A DNA stretch of 64,000 bases from Paraspadella gotoi (GCA_051294375.1 CM119268.1:4302250-4366249); one strand, 5' to 3'. Positions 24,496 through 38,331 are shown, counted from the first letter of the stretch. The notes: a model not told the origin generated them from the sequence alone. Translations and numbers: made by a program.

Positions 24496-27163
24496 GAGAG
24501 AGAGGGTAAGAGATGAGAGAGAGAGAAAGACTCACCCCGGCTGTGACAAGCTGCACGTTATCATCCTCCCATTTTTTTGTGACGACACGTCTTTGAGGCT
24601 TCAATTCTAGACGAGAACTGAAAGTCGAAAAAAGGAAAGTTTTTAAACAAATCGTCAAAAAATCTACGTTTAGAAGTTACACAAATACTAAACATAATAT
24701 TGTTAATTGCTAGGTCTGGTAGAGAAAAAATCTTTCGTACAGACTTTAACGAAAATCTGGACAAAAGGCTATCGTACTTCGTTGGTCAAACCGATATATA
24801 TAAGATTCCATTCATTGATAAATATTTAAATTAGCTATCCTGCCACTGACTTATCGTACTTTCGTTGGACAACCGATATATATAAGATCNNNNNNNNNNN
24901 NNNNNNNNNNNNNNATATAAGATCCATTCATTGAATAAATATTTAAATTAGCTAACCTGCCACTGACTTGTTGGATTAAGGCCTCCATTCCTCTTAGTCT
25001 TATAAGACATATAAGAGAGAGATTGATACCGAATGCCCGCCTCTAACTTTAAACTCCTTCCGTCTTCCCCGTTGCATATTTTGACTGGAGAATCTCGAAA
25101 ATCCCTCGAGTGAGGCCAACATATGGCTTTTCACTCTGTAGTGAGGAGCCGATATGGGGCCAAAATCTGAAAAAGCTATATTTTAAGCTGAAAATTAACC
25201 TTTTATATATTAAATGTAGTTTTTCTAATTTTTAACCCACTTAATGAAAGAAGCTTGGTACAGACTGAGACGGCCTTGTCATGTCGACGCGCGCTAAGCT
25301 CGGTAAAGACTGTCGTGAAAAGGAGGTCATGAGGGCGAGATTTCGGATTTCGCTGGCGCCACAGTGACGTTGACGATTGCAGAAAAACTTGATAAGTGGC
25401 AAGATCACTGACAAAGTGTTCTTAACCCAATTGCAGAATTGATACAATGTCGCACGGAATAAATATTTGCCTCAAAAAACTGGAAAGTTTAACAAATCGA
25501 AAGCGCTGAATGCCTCGCGTCATTATGGGTTAAATGACGAATTCATGATAGGTGAAACATCGCGTGGTTTTACGATAACACGTAGGTTAATCGGATAATC
25601 AGTTTATCAGCTATCAGGCCGTTATCTTCCAGTTGCTGTCTTTGAGTAATCGGCAACTGCAGACATTTACCTACATTAGTCCTATGCGTTCGCAGACATT
25701 TACGGATAGAAAGTCGCCTACAGTTTTAGCCAATTACAGGAGCCAAGACGTCGGCTTCGTTACGCGACAGAAACCCAGAATAAGCGTCAACAAACAAAAG
25801 GAAAATCTCTTTTAACTGATAGCGCCGCGTGTCGCTGAACCACGATTTTTTAAACCGGGGAGTCGCTTTATCGGTTAATCAGTTTATCAGCTAAGAGGCG
25901 TGATCTTCCCCGGCATCTGACTAAATAAAAAAAAATACAAAGATGCTAAATATTTAAAAATATTCACATCGGAGGTGAAACCATTTTGTATCTCGAACAA
26001 ACAATTGTAAACAATAAAAAAAGAATAACCAAAAAAAATGGTGCAATATAATTTTATTGCAATGACATCGATGGTTGTTTTCCAACGACCAACAGCAAGA
26101 ATTAAAAACGAAATGGCGACCATCAACGACGTCATTATTCTAACAAGCCCCCCCCCCCAAAAAAAAAAACACCTCAGAACCAACTCATCAGGCACGGTGA
26201 TTTATTTTGTTAGGTGACCGTCAGGCGACAGCCAGGCCTGGAGTCCGGCTACTTCCAGGCGTCGAGCCAGGCGCCCGCCAGGCGTCGAGTCAGGCGACGG
26301 AGATTCAGCGTCGAACCAGAGGCGCAATTTTCCTCCAACGCAGTTTTTTTCGTCACGAATTAGTCATTTGTCTCCGCAATCGCGAGAAACCCTTTTTTGT
26401 TTTTCCCTTTTAATTTATGCCTTCGCCGCGGCAGCCTCCGCCGCATCAGCCGCTGCATCCGCCGCCGCCGGCACTTTGGTTTTACTGCGTCAACGTGGAC
26501 GCGACCGAACGTCATCGCCGCTGCTGATGGAATTTTGCAGGGTGGTGCTTATAATTTGAGCCTCTGTGCGCGCCGACGCCGCCGCCGCTGACGCCGACGT
26601 TGTGCCACTTAAAACCGGCGACAGACAAAGAAACCCTTCTTTTTCTCGATTATAGAGATCGTCACGAGTGAAGTGTTGTGCTCGCTCTCTCTCTCTCGCC
26701 GAAAAATGTTTCCCACCCAAGAACCGACCTGTCCCAAATAAACGCGTCCAATTTGCACTTTGTTGCGTTCGAATTCTTTGATTTCTCCTCGCAGGGCGCC
26801 TTCAGCGCCTCGATGGCCTGGCGGATTAAGTTGGTAAAAAATTGTAACGTTATCATATTTCGGTTAAAAGTGTATTTTATTTCATTTTATTCGTTTTCTT
26901 TAATTAGTCTGAAACAATACATGCAAATAGGGCAAACAGAGTAACAGATACGTATAAAAATTATAGTTTTACAAATTAATTTAATTTTATAATATCTCAC
27001 TTGATCCACAGTTTCAAAATTTCGAGCTTCCATCGTTCGATGCATTGTGCTGTGCGCTTGTCGTTTAAAGTATTGTTCTACGGCACTGTTTCTGACTGTG
27101 GCGTATCGGAAGTTATCCTGAGAGGAAGAAAAACGAAAAAATGGTGGCAGAGAGAGAGAGAGA

Positions 27164-27244
<81 letters not shown>

Positions 27245-28611
27245 AAGAGATATATAGAGGGAAAAGAGAGAGTGAGACATAAAATAAAGAGAGAGAGAGA
27301 AAGAGAGAGACAGACAGACAGACCTGAGGGTTTCGAAGTCGAGGGTCGTTTATGCCAGAAATTTGCGAAGTTGGCGTGCGATCCAACACGAGGAAAGCAG
27401 CTGAGTAAAGAGAGAATGAAATAATGAATGAATGAATGAATGAATGAATGAATGAATGAATAATTGATTGAATGAATGAATTAATGAATGAATGAATGAA
27501 TGAATGAATGAATGAATGAATGATTTAATGAATGAATGAATGAATGAATGAATGAATGAATGAATGAATGAATGAGTGAGTGAATGAAGGAGTAAATGAA
27601 TGAAAAAATGATTGAGTGAATAAATCAATGAATGAATCAATGAAATGAATTATATTTAATTCTTCCCGAAAAATAGTCCCATAACCAGAAATTTCGAGAG
27701 GAAAGAAAGATTTTAAAAAAATGAATCGATGATAACCATCCATTCAGAATTAATTTCACACATTAAAATTAAACCTCAAATTTAAGTTCCTATTTTTTTC
27801 CCTCCAAATGATTTCCATCTTTTTTTCGATTTTTTCTTCATTTCCAAAAGTCATGGGCGTCATTTCCGTCGTCGTCGTCGTCGTCGTCGTCGTCTTCTCC
27901 ATTTTGATCAAAACTTCGTCTTCGATAAAAGATTCGACTTTTTTTTTCCTCCCATAGAAATTTTTCGTAATCATTCTTTGCCAAATCCTATCCAGGTCCC
28001 AACTCTCAATTATTCTGGTCTGCACTCCCTACCATCCAGGTCAACACCCTCAACCATTCAGGTCAGCTTTTCCTCACATCCAGGGCCGACACACCAAACC
28101 CTTCAAATCCTAAATCACTGTGGATAAGGCGCCAAGTGACTGCAAAGTGAAAACTACTATCCGTATCTTCCGTGCCCCCTCACTGAGACCCTCAGCAACA
28201 TTGGTTTTTCAGGCCCCCAAGGCGGCTTACGGCCGCCCTCACGCTGACGGGATTACACCGGGTCACGACTGAAGGTGTCATGCTTATAGGCGGAGTGAAC
28301 TGATAGCAATATCCGACTGCATCTATTACCGCAACCCTTACCCTCCAGGTCGGCAATCCTTATCTTCCGAGTCCGCAACCCTTACCAACCAGGTCCGCAA
28401 CCCTTGCCGTCCAGGTCCGCAATCTTTATCTTCCGAGTCCGCGACCCTTGCCGTTCAGGTCCGCACCCCAAAGTCCCAAACCATCCAATCTTACGCATTC
28501 CAACGCAACGCAATTCATCAGAAGGCAATACAATGCAATGCCACCACAATGCCACTCATCTCTCTTAAGTGATTCCGTTCTTCCGTTTTCCCGCCATTTT
28601 AAATTTTCAGG

Positions 28612-28646
<35 letters not shown>

Positions 28647-28755
28647 ACCCCGAAATCTTTTCTTTTTTACTTCGCAAATCCCCGACCAACTTTTTTTTCT
28701 GGCTTCCGAGTCTTAACCTCAGGAGACATCAAAATAAAGTGAAAGAGGGAGAGAG

Positions 28756-28854
<99 letters not shown>

Positions 28855-29212
28855 GCCCGCAAAGTTCCAACGCCGAAAGACTCTTTCAACGGGTGGATTA
28901 AATTGCTTGGGCCGGAGCTTGCCTAAAAGATTATGACAAGAATTTTCTTTGCCTAATTATATTTTTTAGCTCATGAGCAAATTTGAAGAAATAAAAATGA
29001 AAGTTTAAACCTTTTGTGGATCTTTTGTCTTTATCAAGTAAATCCGCAATAATTAAAAAATCGGAAATACAACAGCTTTATAAATACTAGCAAAACCGAA
29101 ACGACAACGACAACAACAACAACAAGGACGACGACGACGATGCTCGGCTATTCAGCGCCGACGAACCAACACGCGCTTCTCTCCTTCGCTCATTTACGTC
29201 GAGTCCGTCATC

Positions 29213-29263
<51 letters not shown>

Positions 29264-30331
29264 TCTCTCTCTCTCGTCCATTCTCTCCTTTTCAAATTTA
29301 CCTCCCGATTCCTTCTACCGAATCTTTTCCCACTTGTAATTTTTTAATCCATTTTTTATTTCTTTCCTTTTTCCTTTTCTTTTTCTTTCAACCTTTCATC
29401 ACTCCTCTTCCTTCCTCCTTTTCCTCCCCTCTCATCTTCTCCTCCTCCACCTCCTCCTCTTCCTCCCCCTTTCTTCCTCCGAGTTTCCGGCCGGAAAACA
29501 CGAAAATTCGGCGCCGACAGAAAATTCCGGATTCGCCTCACGTTTTTCCGGTGCGCGCGATTTCGAGGCCGCAGCCCAGCGACCGGGCTTAGCGCGGTGG
29601 GCTCGGGGCGCCAAAAGGCCGGGCGCCCAAGGACCTAATGACGGGCGCCCAGGTGGCTCCCAGGGCAGCGGCGTTTGGCGCCCAAAGCCTAGGATGAGAC
29701 GAAACGATGGATGGATGGACGTCATTTTTTTAGATATGACGTCGGCTTTATCAACTAACAAAATTGAAGAATTTTAAAAATCGAATGACATCAAATTTTT
29801 TGGTAAATTAATCTGGAGTTTAACGGTTGCGCCCAAGTGAACTTTGTATGTGTTTACATTTTCAGATTATCAAGTGACTTTATACCTTTATACCTTTATA
29901 CCTCAATACAAATTGGTCAAGTATTTATACTCTACAATCGGATAATCGACACGGGCTCGTTTTCCGATGGCATGAAGCCCGTCTTCTCATAGGTTGATTC
30001 CCGAGGTTGATTCATCCAATCGGAGAGTCCTTGGTGGATTTCATCCGAGTCGCGGATTCGATTCCATTCTTGGTTCCGATTCCATCTGCGATGCCTTTAT
30101 ACAGCACATTGTATATTTTGTATGAAATACTACCGCTACAATATGAACTTAATATCGTAATATTGTAATAATGTTGAATAAATAAGAGAGAAAGAGAAAA
30201 ATCGTTGAAATTTTACATCTCGAAATCACAAATCGTTAGTTAATTGTCGGTGATAGAATTTTTGCAAATAATGTGTTCAATTTATTTTCATGAAAGAAGG
30301 AAACAAATGGAATAGTGACCTAAAAAAGAAG

Positions 30332-30365
<34 letters not shown>

Positions 30366-33300
30366 GGGTTGTAGAAGAAGTTTTCCGTCTCTCTACGCCC
30401 GCTCCAAGTAATATCAGTTGGTCCAGGAAAGGCTCGGCTAAATACCGCAACCGACAAGGCATCCACTGACTCTATATCATGAGTATAATCTCGAAGACAA
30501 TGTAAGAGAAATCATAGAAGTAAATCGAAGTATAATTCTAAAGAATGCTCAATAATCCGACATATAATCCAGTAATAATTCGTTAAAGCCAGTGTAAAAT
30601 GCCGTAGGAAAATGGTTAAAATAGCCGAGGGAAAATCGCTCAACGAGCGAATCTATCAAACTGAATTCGTGATCCAAAGTCTGACTGAGGTTGACCGGGG
30701 GAGAAGAGGAGAGAGCTTGAGAGAGATATCTCAGTCTCTCTCGGTCCACAAACTATCTGTGGCCACTGGTTCTCTTTCACCCCCACTCACTTTTCAAGTG
30801 ACCACAAAGGCCACACAGGACCAGTGGTCAATCACGGGAGGTCTCATCAATCATGTTTCCCTCGGTAATGGCTACAAGATTCAAAATCTAATGACTAGAT
30901 AAAAGGTTTGACCAACTAAACACCATGATCTGGTGAAAAACTAAAAAAGGGCCATTTCCTCCCGTTTCAGTTTGACGCTATGATCCACATTTCAGGCTTC
31001 CATTCGTGGCGCTCCTTTTTGTTCCAGTTTCTGAAGTTCCTCCAGAGGCCCCCGGCGATGTTGCTGTTCTTGAATCGCATCATGCACCGGCCTGCTGTCC
31101 GTTTCTTCTTCGCGTCGCGTCATAGTTCAGATTTGTTTCTTTAAAAGAAAGGTTAATGGGAAACAAGAGCAGTCGGTTTTTTCTAAAATGTTTTGTTTCA
31201 ACAATCATTCAAATCAATTTCATTTCAAAATCAATCTTGTGTCATTCAAACCAATTAAATTACCAAAATATTTCATTCTAAAACAAATACACATCCCCCC
31301 GTTAATTCTTTTCCGACGTCCGCCTGACGTCGGCCGTTGTCTGCGTGTTCTTTTGTTCAATTGTGCTCGTTCCAGCTCGTGATCATGAGGGAGTCATACA
31401 TAGAACGATCTGATAAACTCAAAAGACAGTGAGGGGAAAGAAAGATGTAAAAATTAATAAAGATTTAGCAATATCTTTTCATACATGTAAACTATGTAAT
31501 GTTTATATTCGTTTCAAAAATTTATTCTAAATTCCCTTTTATGAGAGTTATCTCGTTCTAAAAAAATGAAACATTCATTTATGGCCTAAATACGTCCACA
31601 CCTGTGTTTGAAGTCAATATGGAAATTTCGATCCTTTCAGTCACAAAATATTCGGACAATGCTTAGGTGGCAGCTCATACTTTTCAATTAGGGATGATAA
31701 CCCAGTCTGTGTCAAAGGTCAGTAATTCATTCAAGGATACAATCAATGATGAATGATTTCCAATCAGATAATTTGATAATCCAATCAAAATTCAAAAGGT
31801 TCTTCCAATTCTTGAGGTTCCTAGATTCGTAGTTTCATAATTCATAAGAACCATAAAAAATGTTTTCATCCAGAAGGGTATCAAATAACTTCCCCACGCC
31901 ATGGCATTGAAAGATAAATGTCGTAAACATGTAAATTTCAACATCCATGAAGCGGTAAACAGCCACCAAAAGTATTTTTTTTAAAATAAAATTATTCTTT
32001 ATTTACTTGTTTATATTTAATGATACTAATGAATTCTTAGAAGCACCTATCTACCGGCCGAATAGATAAGCATTTCATAAATAAAATATAGATATTTAAT
32101 GAAATAGAAATTACAACTAAATTATAATTAATCATTCATTAATTAATCATCAACATTCATTAATCATCACATTTTAGCGGCCATGTCCAAAAATTGAACC
32201 TCTCATTCATACGGCTGCAACCAAAAATTGATTGCATCGCCGTAGCAAAGGTTCCCATTGCTGGCTGCTAAAGCATTCATTTGACAACGGTCGCCTGCAG
32301 AATTCGGCTGCGTTGCCGCGTGGTCGCCTCCTGAAATAGGCTGCGGTGCCGGGCGGTCGGCCTCCTGAATTTTCCCTGCGTCGCCGTAGTTGGAATTTTT
32401 GGCTGCGTTGGCGTCGATTCCATGCCTCCTCTAAGAGATTGCAATAAGAATCAACGCTCGCCTCCTGCTCTATAACGAGTGATGAGCCAATATTGAGTCG
32501 GCCTTAAATAAATTCTTTTGGTTCAATAGTCTAGTTTTTCCTTTAACTTTATGAAATCTTAATGAACGATTATTTGCGAAAATCGGCTGCGTTGGCGCTC
32601 GGCCGCCTCCAAAGAATGGCTGCGTTACCGGGCGGGGCCGCCTCCTGAGCTCGCCTGATCATAGGTCGTTGTCTGTTGAATAAGGCTTATGGTTGGCTAG
32701 TTCGCTAGTTGACATTGCGATTCCCTAGTATGGATGGCAATGTCCTAACAATTTTCTCTTGCTTAGTGAATTGACTTGACATGTGAAGCCTCTCCATCAA
32801 AATTCTATTCTTTCCTAATTCGTGTTTTTGTGCTTAATTGGACATCAACCCAATTAAAAAGCTCATCAAAGGTCAAACACACATCACATAAAACTATGAT
32901 CTCGTCCCTATTGGAACTCGTATCATAGTACTGATTTTCCTCTATCCTCCTTCCTATCACACTCCATAGCCCCCAACTTGATTGGCAGTTCTTCTGTTTT
33001 CTTGTTCTTCTTTGTTTTTCTTAAATACATCATGAAGAATGGTATGATGTTTCTTGTCCGCATGCTTTGCATATTTCTTGTGAATGACAATCTTTTGCAA
33101 GATGCCCTTTTCTGACACATTTAAAACACAATCCTTCCTTGTATGCAACATTTGCTCTTGATTTGGAATCAATTTTCTTGAAAAGCTATGCAACTCTCTA
33201 TATAATGTTTTTCTTTGCAATGATAGCAACAATGCTTTTTCTTACCCATACCTGTTTTTTCAGTTTCAATTTGATTGTTCTTTTCTTTCGGTGGAACGAA

Positions 33301-35408
33301 GTGCCAAATGAAATTCGGGGTTTCAACATTCACAAACTGTACCCCCACCACTTGAGGTTTCTTGGGCGAAGAAATAGCAATAGGTATTGGTGGTTCAGAT
33401 GTTAATTCGGTCGCCCCCACCACTTAGAATGGTGCAGAGAGAAGAGTCGAATTTTTCTTTCTTTCATTTTCGAGTTCTTCTTTTGTAGAATCGAGTTCTT
33501 CCTCTGAGTTGCTTAATTTCAGTTTCATAATTTTCTTTTATTTCAATTAAGCCTCAGAGACAGCTCTTTTGATCACTACATCATTTATCCTGGTTTCCTT
33601 CAATTGGCAAACTTCAGTCTTCAGTTCATCAAAACTATATTTCCAAGCATCATTCATCTGCTCTAATCTTTCAAAGAATAGAGCTGACTGAATAGTCACA
33701 GAGGAGTTTGGACTAGAGGAAATAGAAGCCAAATTCATTTTTTCATTCTTTCCTAACACACTTTCCCGTTCTTCTTTTCTTCTGGAGCTTGGTCCCTCCA
33801 GAATAGACTGGGGCCTCACCAATGGTCTCTTGCAAGAAGAATGGTGTCATCTGGGAAGAGAGTTTGCGGCCATTTTGCAATCTTCTTGCTTTGCACGAAG
33901 GTCGTTGAAAAGTTTCGTGAAGCAAGTGTTGGTTTTTCTTTGAGGCCCAGTTCACGGTATCGGCGAATATCAACTTTCCAATGTCTTGCACCGCCTTTCG
34001 TAATCCGTTAAGGCGTGCAATCCTTTGTGTCAATTACGTGTAAATCATTGAGGGACATCTCGAAAAGAGAAAAACGAAAAGGATTAGGAAAAGTTTTAAA
34101 AAATATCAAACAAAATCAAAGATCAGAAATCAAATTCGAATTAATTCAATCAAACCATTTAATTCCAAATTCCAAATCATAATTGATAAAATTAAAAGTT
34201 TATAAATAAAAAGCGTAACTCTCTAATTTAAACTTCAATAAATCATTGTTTATCGGTTTCTTTTTATTCTGTCTCAATTCTTTAAAATTTAATTTTGTTT
34301 CGTAATTTCGTAATTTCTTGCAAAGAGTGATATGCAGAAAATCGACTCAATCCAAGAAACCGACAATCAATGTTAAAAATTCGAATTCTTTCTAAATAAT
34401 TAAGATCAATCATTAATCAGATGAGATCAATCATTCATATCAAATAAAACAATAATCGATTCATTCATCATCATGCGACACATCACTTGGACTCACCGTG
34501 CTTAACGTCCCGGTTGTTTGTAGAAAGGCGTGACCCCATCTGCAATTCAGGCGTTAATTCATATCAACTGAATCACCTGAAGAAGCGATGCTGTTTTCCG
34601 AAGTGGAAACCATTTTCCTACTGGTAGAGAAGTTTCCGTCTCTCTACGCAGCCGCTCCAAGTAATATCAGTTGGTCCAGGAAAGGCTCGGCTAAATACCC
34701 CGCAAACCGACAAGGCATCCACTGACTCTATATCATGATATAATCTCGAAGACAATGTAAGAGAAATCATAGAGTAAATCGAAGTATAATTCTAAAGAAA
34801 TGCATCAATATATCCGACATATAATCCAGTAATAATTCGTTAAAGCCAGTGTAAAATGCCGTAGGAAAATGGTTAAAATACCGAGGGAAAATCGTCCAAG
34901 CGAGCGGAATCTATCAAACTGAATTCGTGATCAAAGTCTGACTGAGGTTGAACCGGGGGAGAAGAGGAGAGAGCTTGAGAGAGATATCTCAGTCTCTCTC
35001 GGTCCACAAACTATCTGTGGCCACTGGTTCCTCTTTCAAAGGTAATCATTGTCCCGAGACAAGAGACTAAATTGAGCTGGAATGGGAAGCTTGTTTCCAC
35101 GAAAATTTTCTCTCGTTACACGCTTACTCATCACGTCGCTTTCCCCACCTTCGCTTTCCACCCAATGACCTTACCCCATCTCTTCTTCATCTTACCACCA
35201 TTAAATGTTAACCACTATTAACCATTAACCATTTCTATTCCTTTTTTTCGCTACTTCCCCATCGCGAGATTACATTCTCTCCGCGTCACGCGTTCCTGTC
35301 GTTCACCTTTAAGCGAAAAAAAAGGATTCTTTTTTGGTCGTCTCGCATCTTTCTCTCTCTCTCTCTCTTCTTCTCTCTCTCTCACCTCTCTCTCTCTCTC
35401 TCTCCTTC

Positions 35409-35451
<43 letters not shown>

Positions 35452-36364
35452 CTCATATAATCTCTTTTCCGCCTCATAGCTCTTCCCTCTCTCTCTCTCT
35501 CTTTCTTTCTCTCTCTCTCTCACACCCTTCCTCTCTCTCTTCAAAGAGGCTCTCTTTTCCTCATTGTCTCTACGCCTCTCTCTCCTCTCTCTCACTCGTC
35601 TCTCTCTCTCTCTCTCATCTCTTCTCTCCATCATAATTCTTTTGCCCTCATAGTCTCTTCCCCTCTCTCTCTCTCTCTATCTTTCTCTCTCTCTCTCACA
35701 CCACCCCTTCTCTCTCTCTCTCAAAGGCTCTCTTTTCCCTCATTGTCTTCTACCTCCCTTTCTCTCCTCTCTCTCTCCCTCTTCTCTCGTCTCTCTCTCT
35801 TCTTCTCTCTCATCATCTCTTCTCTCTCTCTCTCTTCTCTCCCTCTCTCTCTTCTCGTCTTTCTCATCCCTCTGTATCGTCTCCCTCTCTGTCTCTCTCT
35901 CTCTCTCTCTGTATGTCTCTCTCTCCTCCTTAAAAAAGTAATTATTAGTAATAATAAATATTCCTTTCCAACCTTTTTTATTCCAATCTTTCTTCATTAA
36001 CCATTAACCATTAACCATTAACCATTCTTTTCTTTTCTTCCTCCTTTGCTCTCTACCTTCATCCTTTCTTTTTTCTCCTTCCTCCTTTCCTCTCATCTTT
36101 CCTCTTTTTTTCTCTCCTTCCTCCTATTCTCTCATCTTACCTCCTTTTTTCCTTCCTTCTTTCCTCCTAATCTTCCTCTTTTTATTTCCTTCCTCCTTTT
36201 AATCTTCTTTATTTCTTTTCTCTCCTTCCTCCTTTTTTCCTTCCTTCTTTCCTCTCAATCTTCCTCCCCCGATTCCCTTTCATAAAAAACAGCGTAAGAG
36301 GACTTTTACGTGAGGAACTAAGAAAAAAAAACTTTTTCTTTGGATTTTTGCCCGAGTGAATTTC

Positions 36365-36419
<55 letters not shown>

Positions 36420-36805
36420 TTGAGTTCTCTTTTTTCATTCACAGATGCACTTGTAATCATCTCTCCATTTGGTTTTATTTCTTTTCCTCTGAGTTCACTG
36501 CACAGTGCAAACTGCACACTGTGCGGTGTGCAGAAAACGGACAGATGGACAGAGGTTATTTTTTTCTTTTTAATTTAAAGTAAATAATTTTTAGAATTTT
36601 TTTAAAAAAAAGATTAAAAAAATATTAATTTTTATCTTTATTATTATGATTATTATTTCTCACACCATAATTATTATCACCATCATCATCATCACCATCA
36701 TCATCATCATCCCTGCCTTAAATTAGGTCCATTTTCCCTAGGAAATCGTTTGTCTCCGATTCTGACGTCTCGATGTATGAGGGACGTCATCCAGCGCTGA
36801 CAGCG

Positions 36806-36850
<45 letters not shown>

Positions 36851-36860
36851 CTCCTCTTCC

Positions 36861-36899
<39 letters not shown>

Positions 36900-37200
36900 A
36901 GAAACTTGCACCCACCGCCGCTTATAAATTTTACGAAGAAGACTTGGGAACTGATTAAATTTTTCCTCTTCTCTCTTCTCTTCCTTTATAGTTCATGTCA
37001 TATTTTTATAAATTCTTGATATTAAACACACTTCTCAAGATGATATATATATTTGTGAAAGTGTTTTATTACAAAAAACTGGAACGGTATATATAAAAAG
37101 AAAAAGAAGGAAAAGATAGAAAGATTTAAAGAATGAACCAAATATGAAAGAAAGAAAGAAAGAAAAAAAGAAAGAAAAAAAGAAAGAAAGAAAGAAAGAT

Positions 37201-37291
<91 letters not shown>

Positions 37292-38277
37292 AAAAAAGAG
37301 AGAAGATAATCAAAAAAAGAAAAGAAAATCCTCGGGATCTTGTTTTGTTTATTTCTAATTTGTTTTGTTTTTCTGTTTTGCCACTTTCTAAACCGCGGTC
37401 CAATCTCTACCTTTGTTTTGGAAGGCACCACCACGGCTCCACCTTAGATTAATTTCCAGTCCACCACGAGTCTTGTTCTTCCGTCGGAGTTTCTCGTAAA
37501 AAAAGTAAATTATTTCGGGGAAAGAACGAGGGGTTTAATCTTAACCGCAAACAGAAACATAAAAAGAAAGAAAAAAGAAAGAAGATTGAAAAAAAGGGAA
37601 AAAAAAACAGGAAAAAAAAGTAAGAAAGCAGAGGAAGAGAAAAAGAGAGAAAGTAGAAGAGAATAAATTGAAAGAGGAAAAAAAAACAGCAAATGTAAAA
37701 ATAAACAAAGAAACAAAAATGACGTAGAAACAAAATAAAATAAAAAACAAGAAGGGAGAAAGAAAGAAACGAAAGAAAGAAAGAAAGAAAAGAAAGAAAA
37801 ACAAGGCGTGGAAATGAATTATTCTTAGAGTCGGGGGAAGGCTCGAAAAATTCGGTTAACTTACTAAAAAAAGAAAATGTTAAATACCACGTTAAAAACT
37901 CATTTTCCACTCTCTCTCTCTCTCTCTCTTCTCTCCTCCTTCCTCGTCTCTCTCATCTCTCCTCTCTCTCTCTCTCCTCTTTCTCTCTCCGTCCTCCTTC
38001 GTCGAAGTCGAAAGAAAATGAATAAGGAAAGGGATATAATTAACAGTCGAAAAAAGAAAAAACTTTTCCTAGAAAAACAAAGATGGGGANNNNNNNNNNN
38101 NNNNNNNNNNNNNNGATCTTTAAAATTCTCATGTTTCATATCAATATTGGTATTTGTTTATGTTTTATTTACAAAACAAAAACGTTTTAATTATATGTCG
38201 CTCTCTCTCTCTCTTTTTCTCCGTCACTGCTTCTTCTAAAAACGAGTTCCGGCTCTGCAGCGTCTGTCCAACTTCTT

Positions 38278-38331
<54 letters not shown>

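Larger units (their letters stand above)
22385..24830. repeat. ~1.23-kb tandem duplication covering three GluN1 exons
   Basis: Unit starts tttaaactttaaattttcatttt at ~22385 and again at ~23619; N gap at 24890. Confidence 0.92.
30370..35038 (-). mobile_element. Non-autonomous BEL/Pao-type LTR retrotransposon (Gag only), 4.7 kb
   Basis: Two ~410-bp near-identical LTRs with TG...CA ends; flanks aagggt / aaggt (approximate 5-bp TSD); minus-strand polypurine tract GTGAGTGGGGG next to the left LTR; BEL-type triple zinc knuckle inside; no RT or integrase motifs seen. Confidence 0.88.

Noticed and set aside
24957-25166. Segment with cag| and |GTTAG splice-like ends inside an S2 intron
   Set aside because: Stops in all three frames, and the flanking exons already join in frame without it.
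26207-26630. GC-rich island with 12-bp caggcgtcgagc and GCC repeats in an S2 intron
   Set aside because: Only low-complexity short ORFs; not needed for the GluN1 frame.
28325-28470. Regular 21-bp repeats (also 38903-39110) superficially like a CRISPR array
   Set aside because: Units are contiguous without unique spacers, the context is eukaryotic and there are no cas genes.
29575-29700. GGCGCC-rich segment resembling a hAT-type MITE end or CpG promoter
   Set aside because: Could not define paired TIRs, a TSD or a linked transcript.
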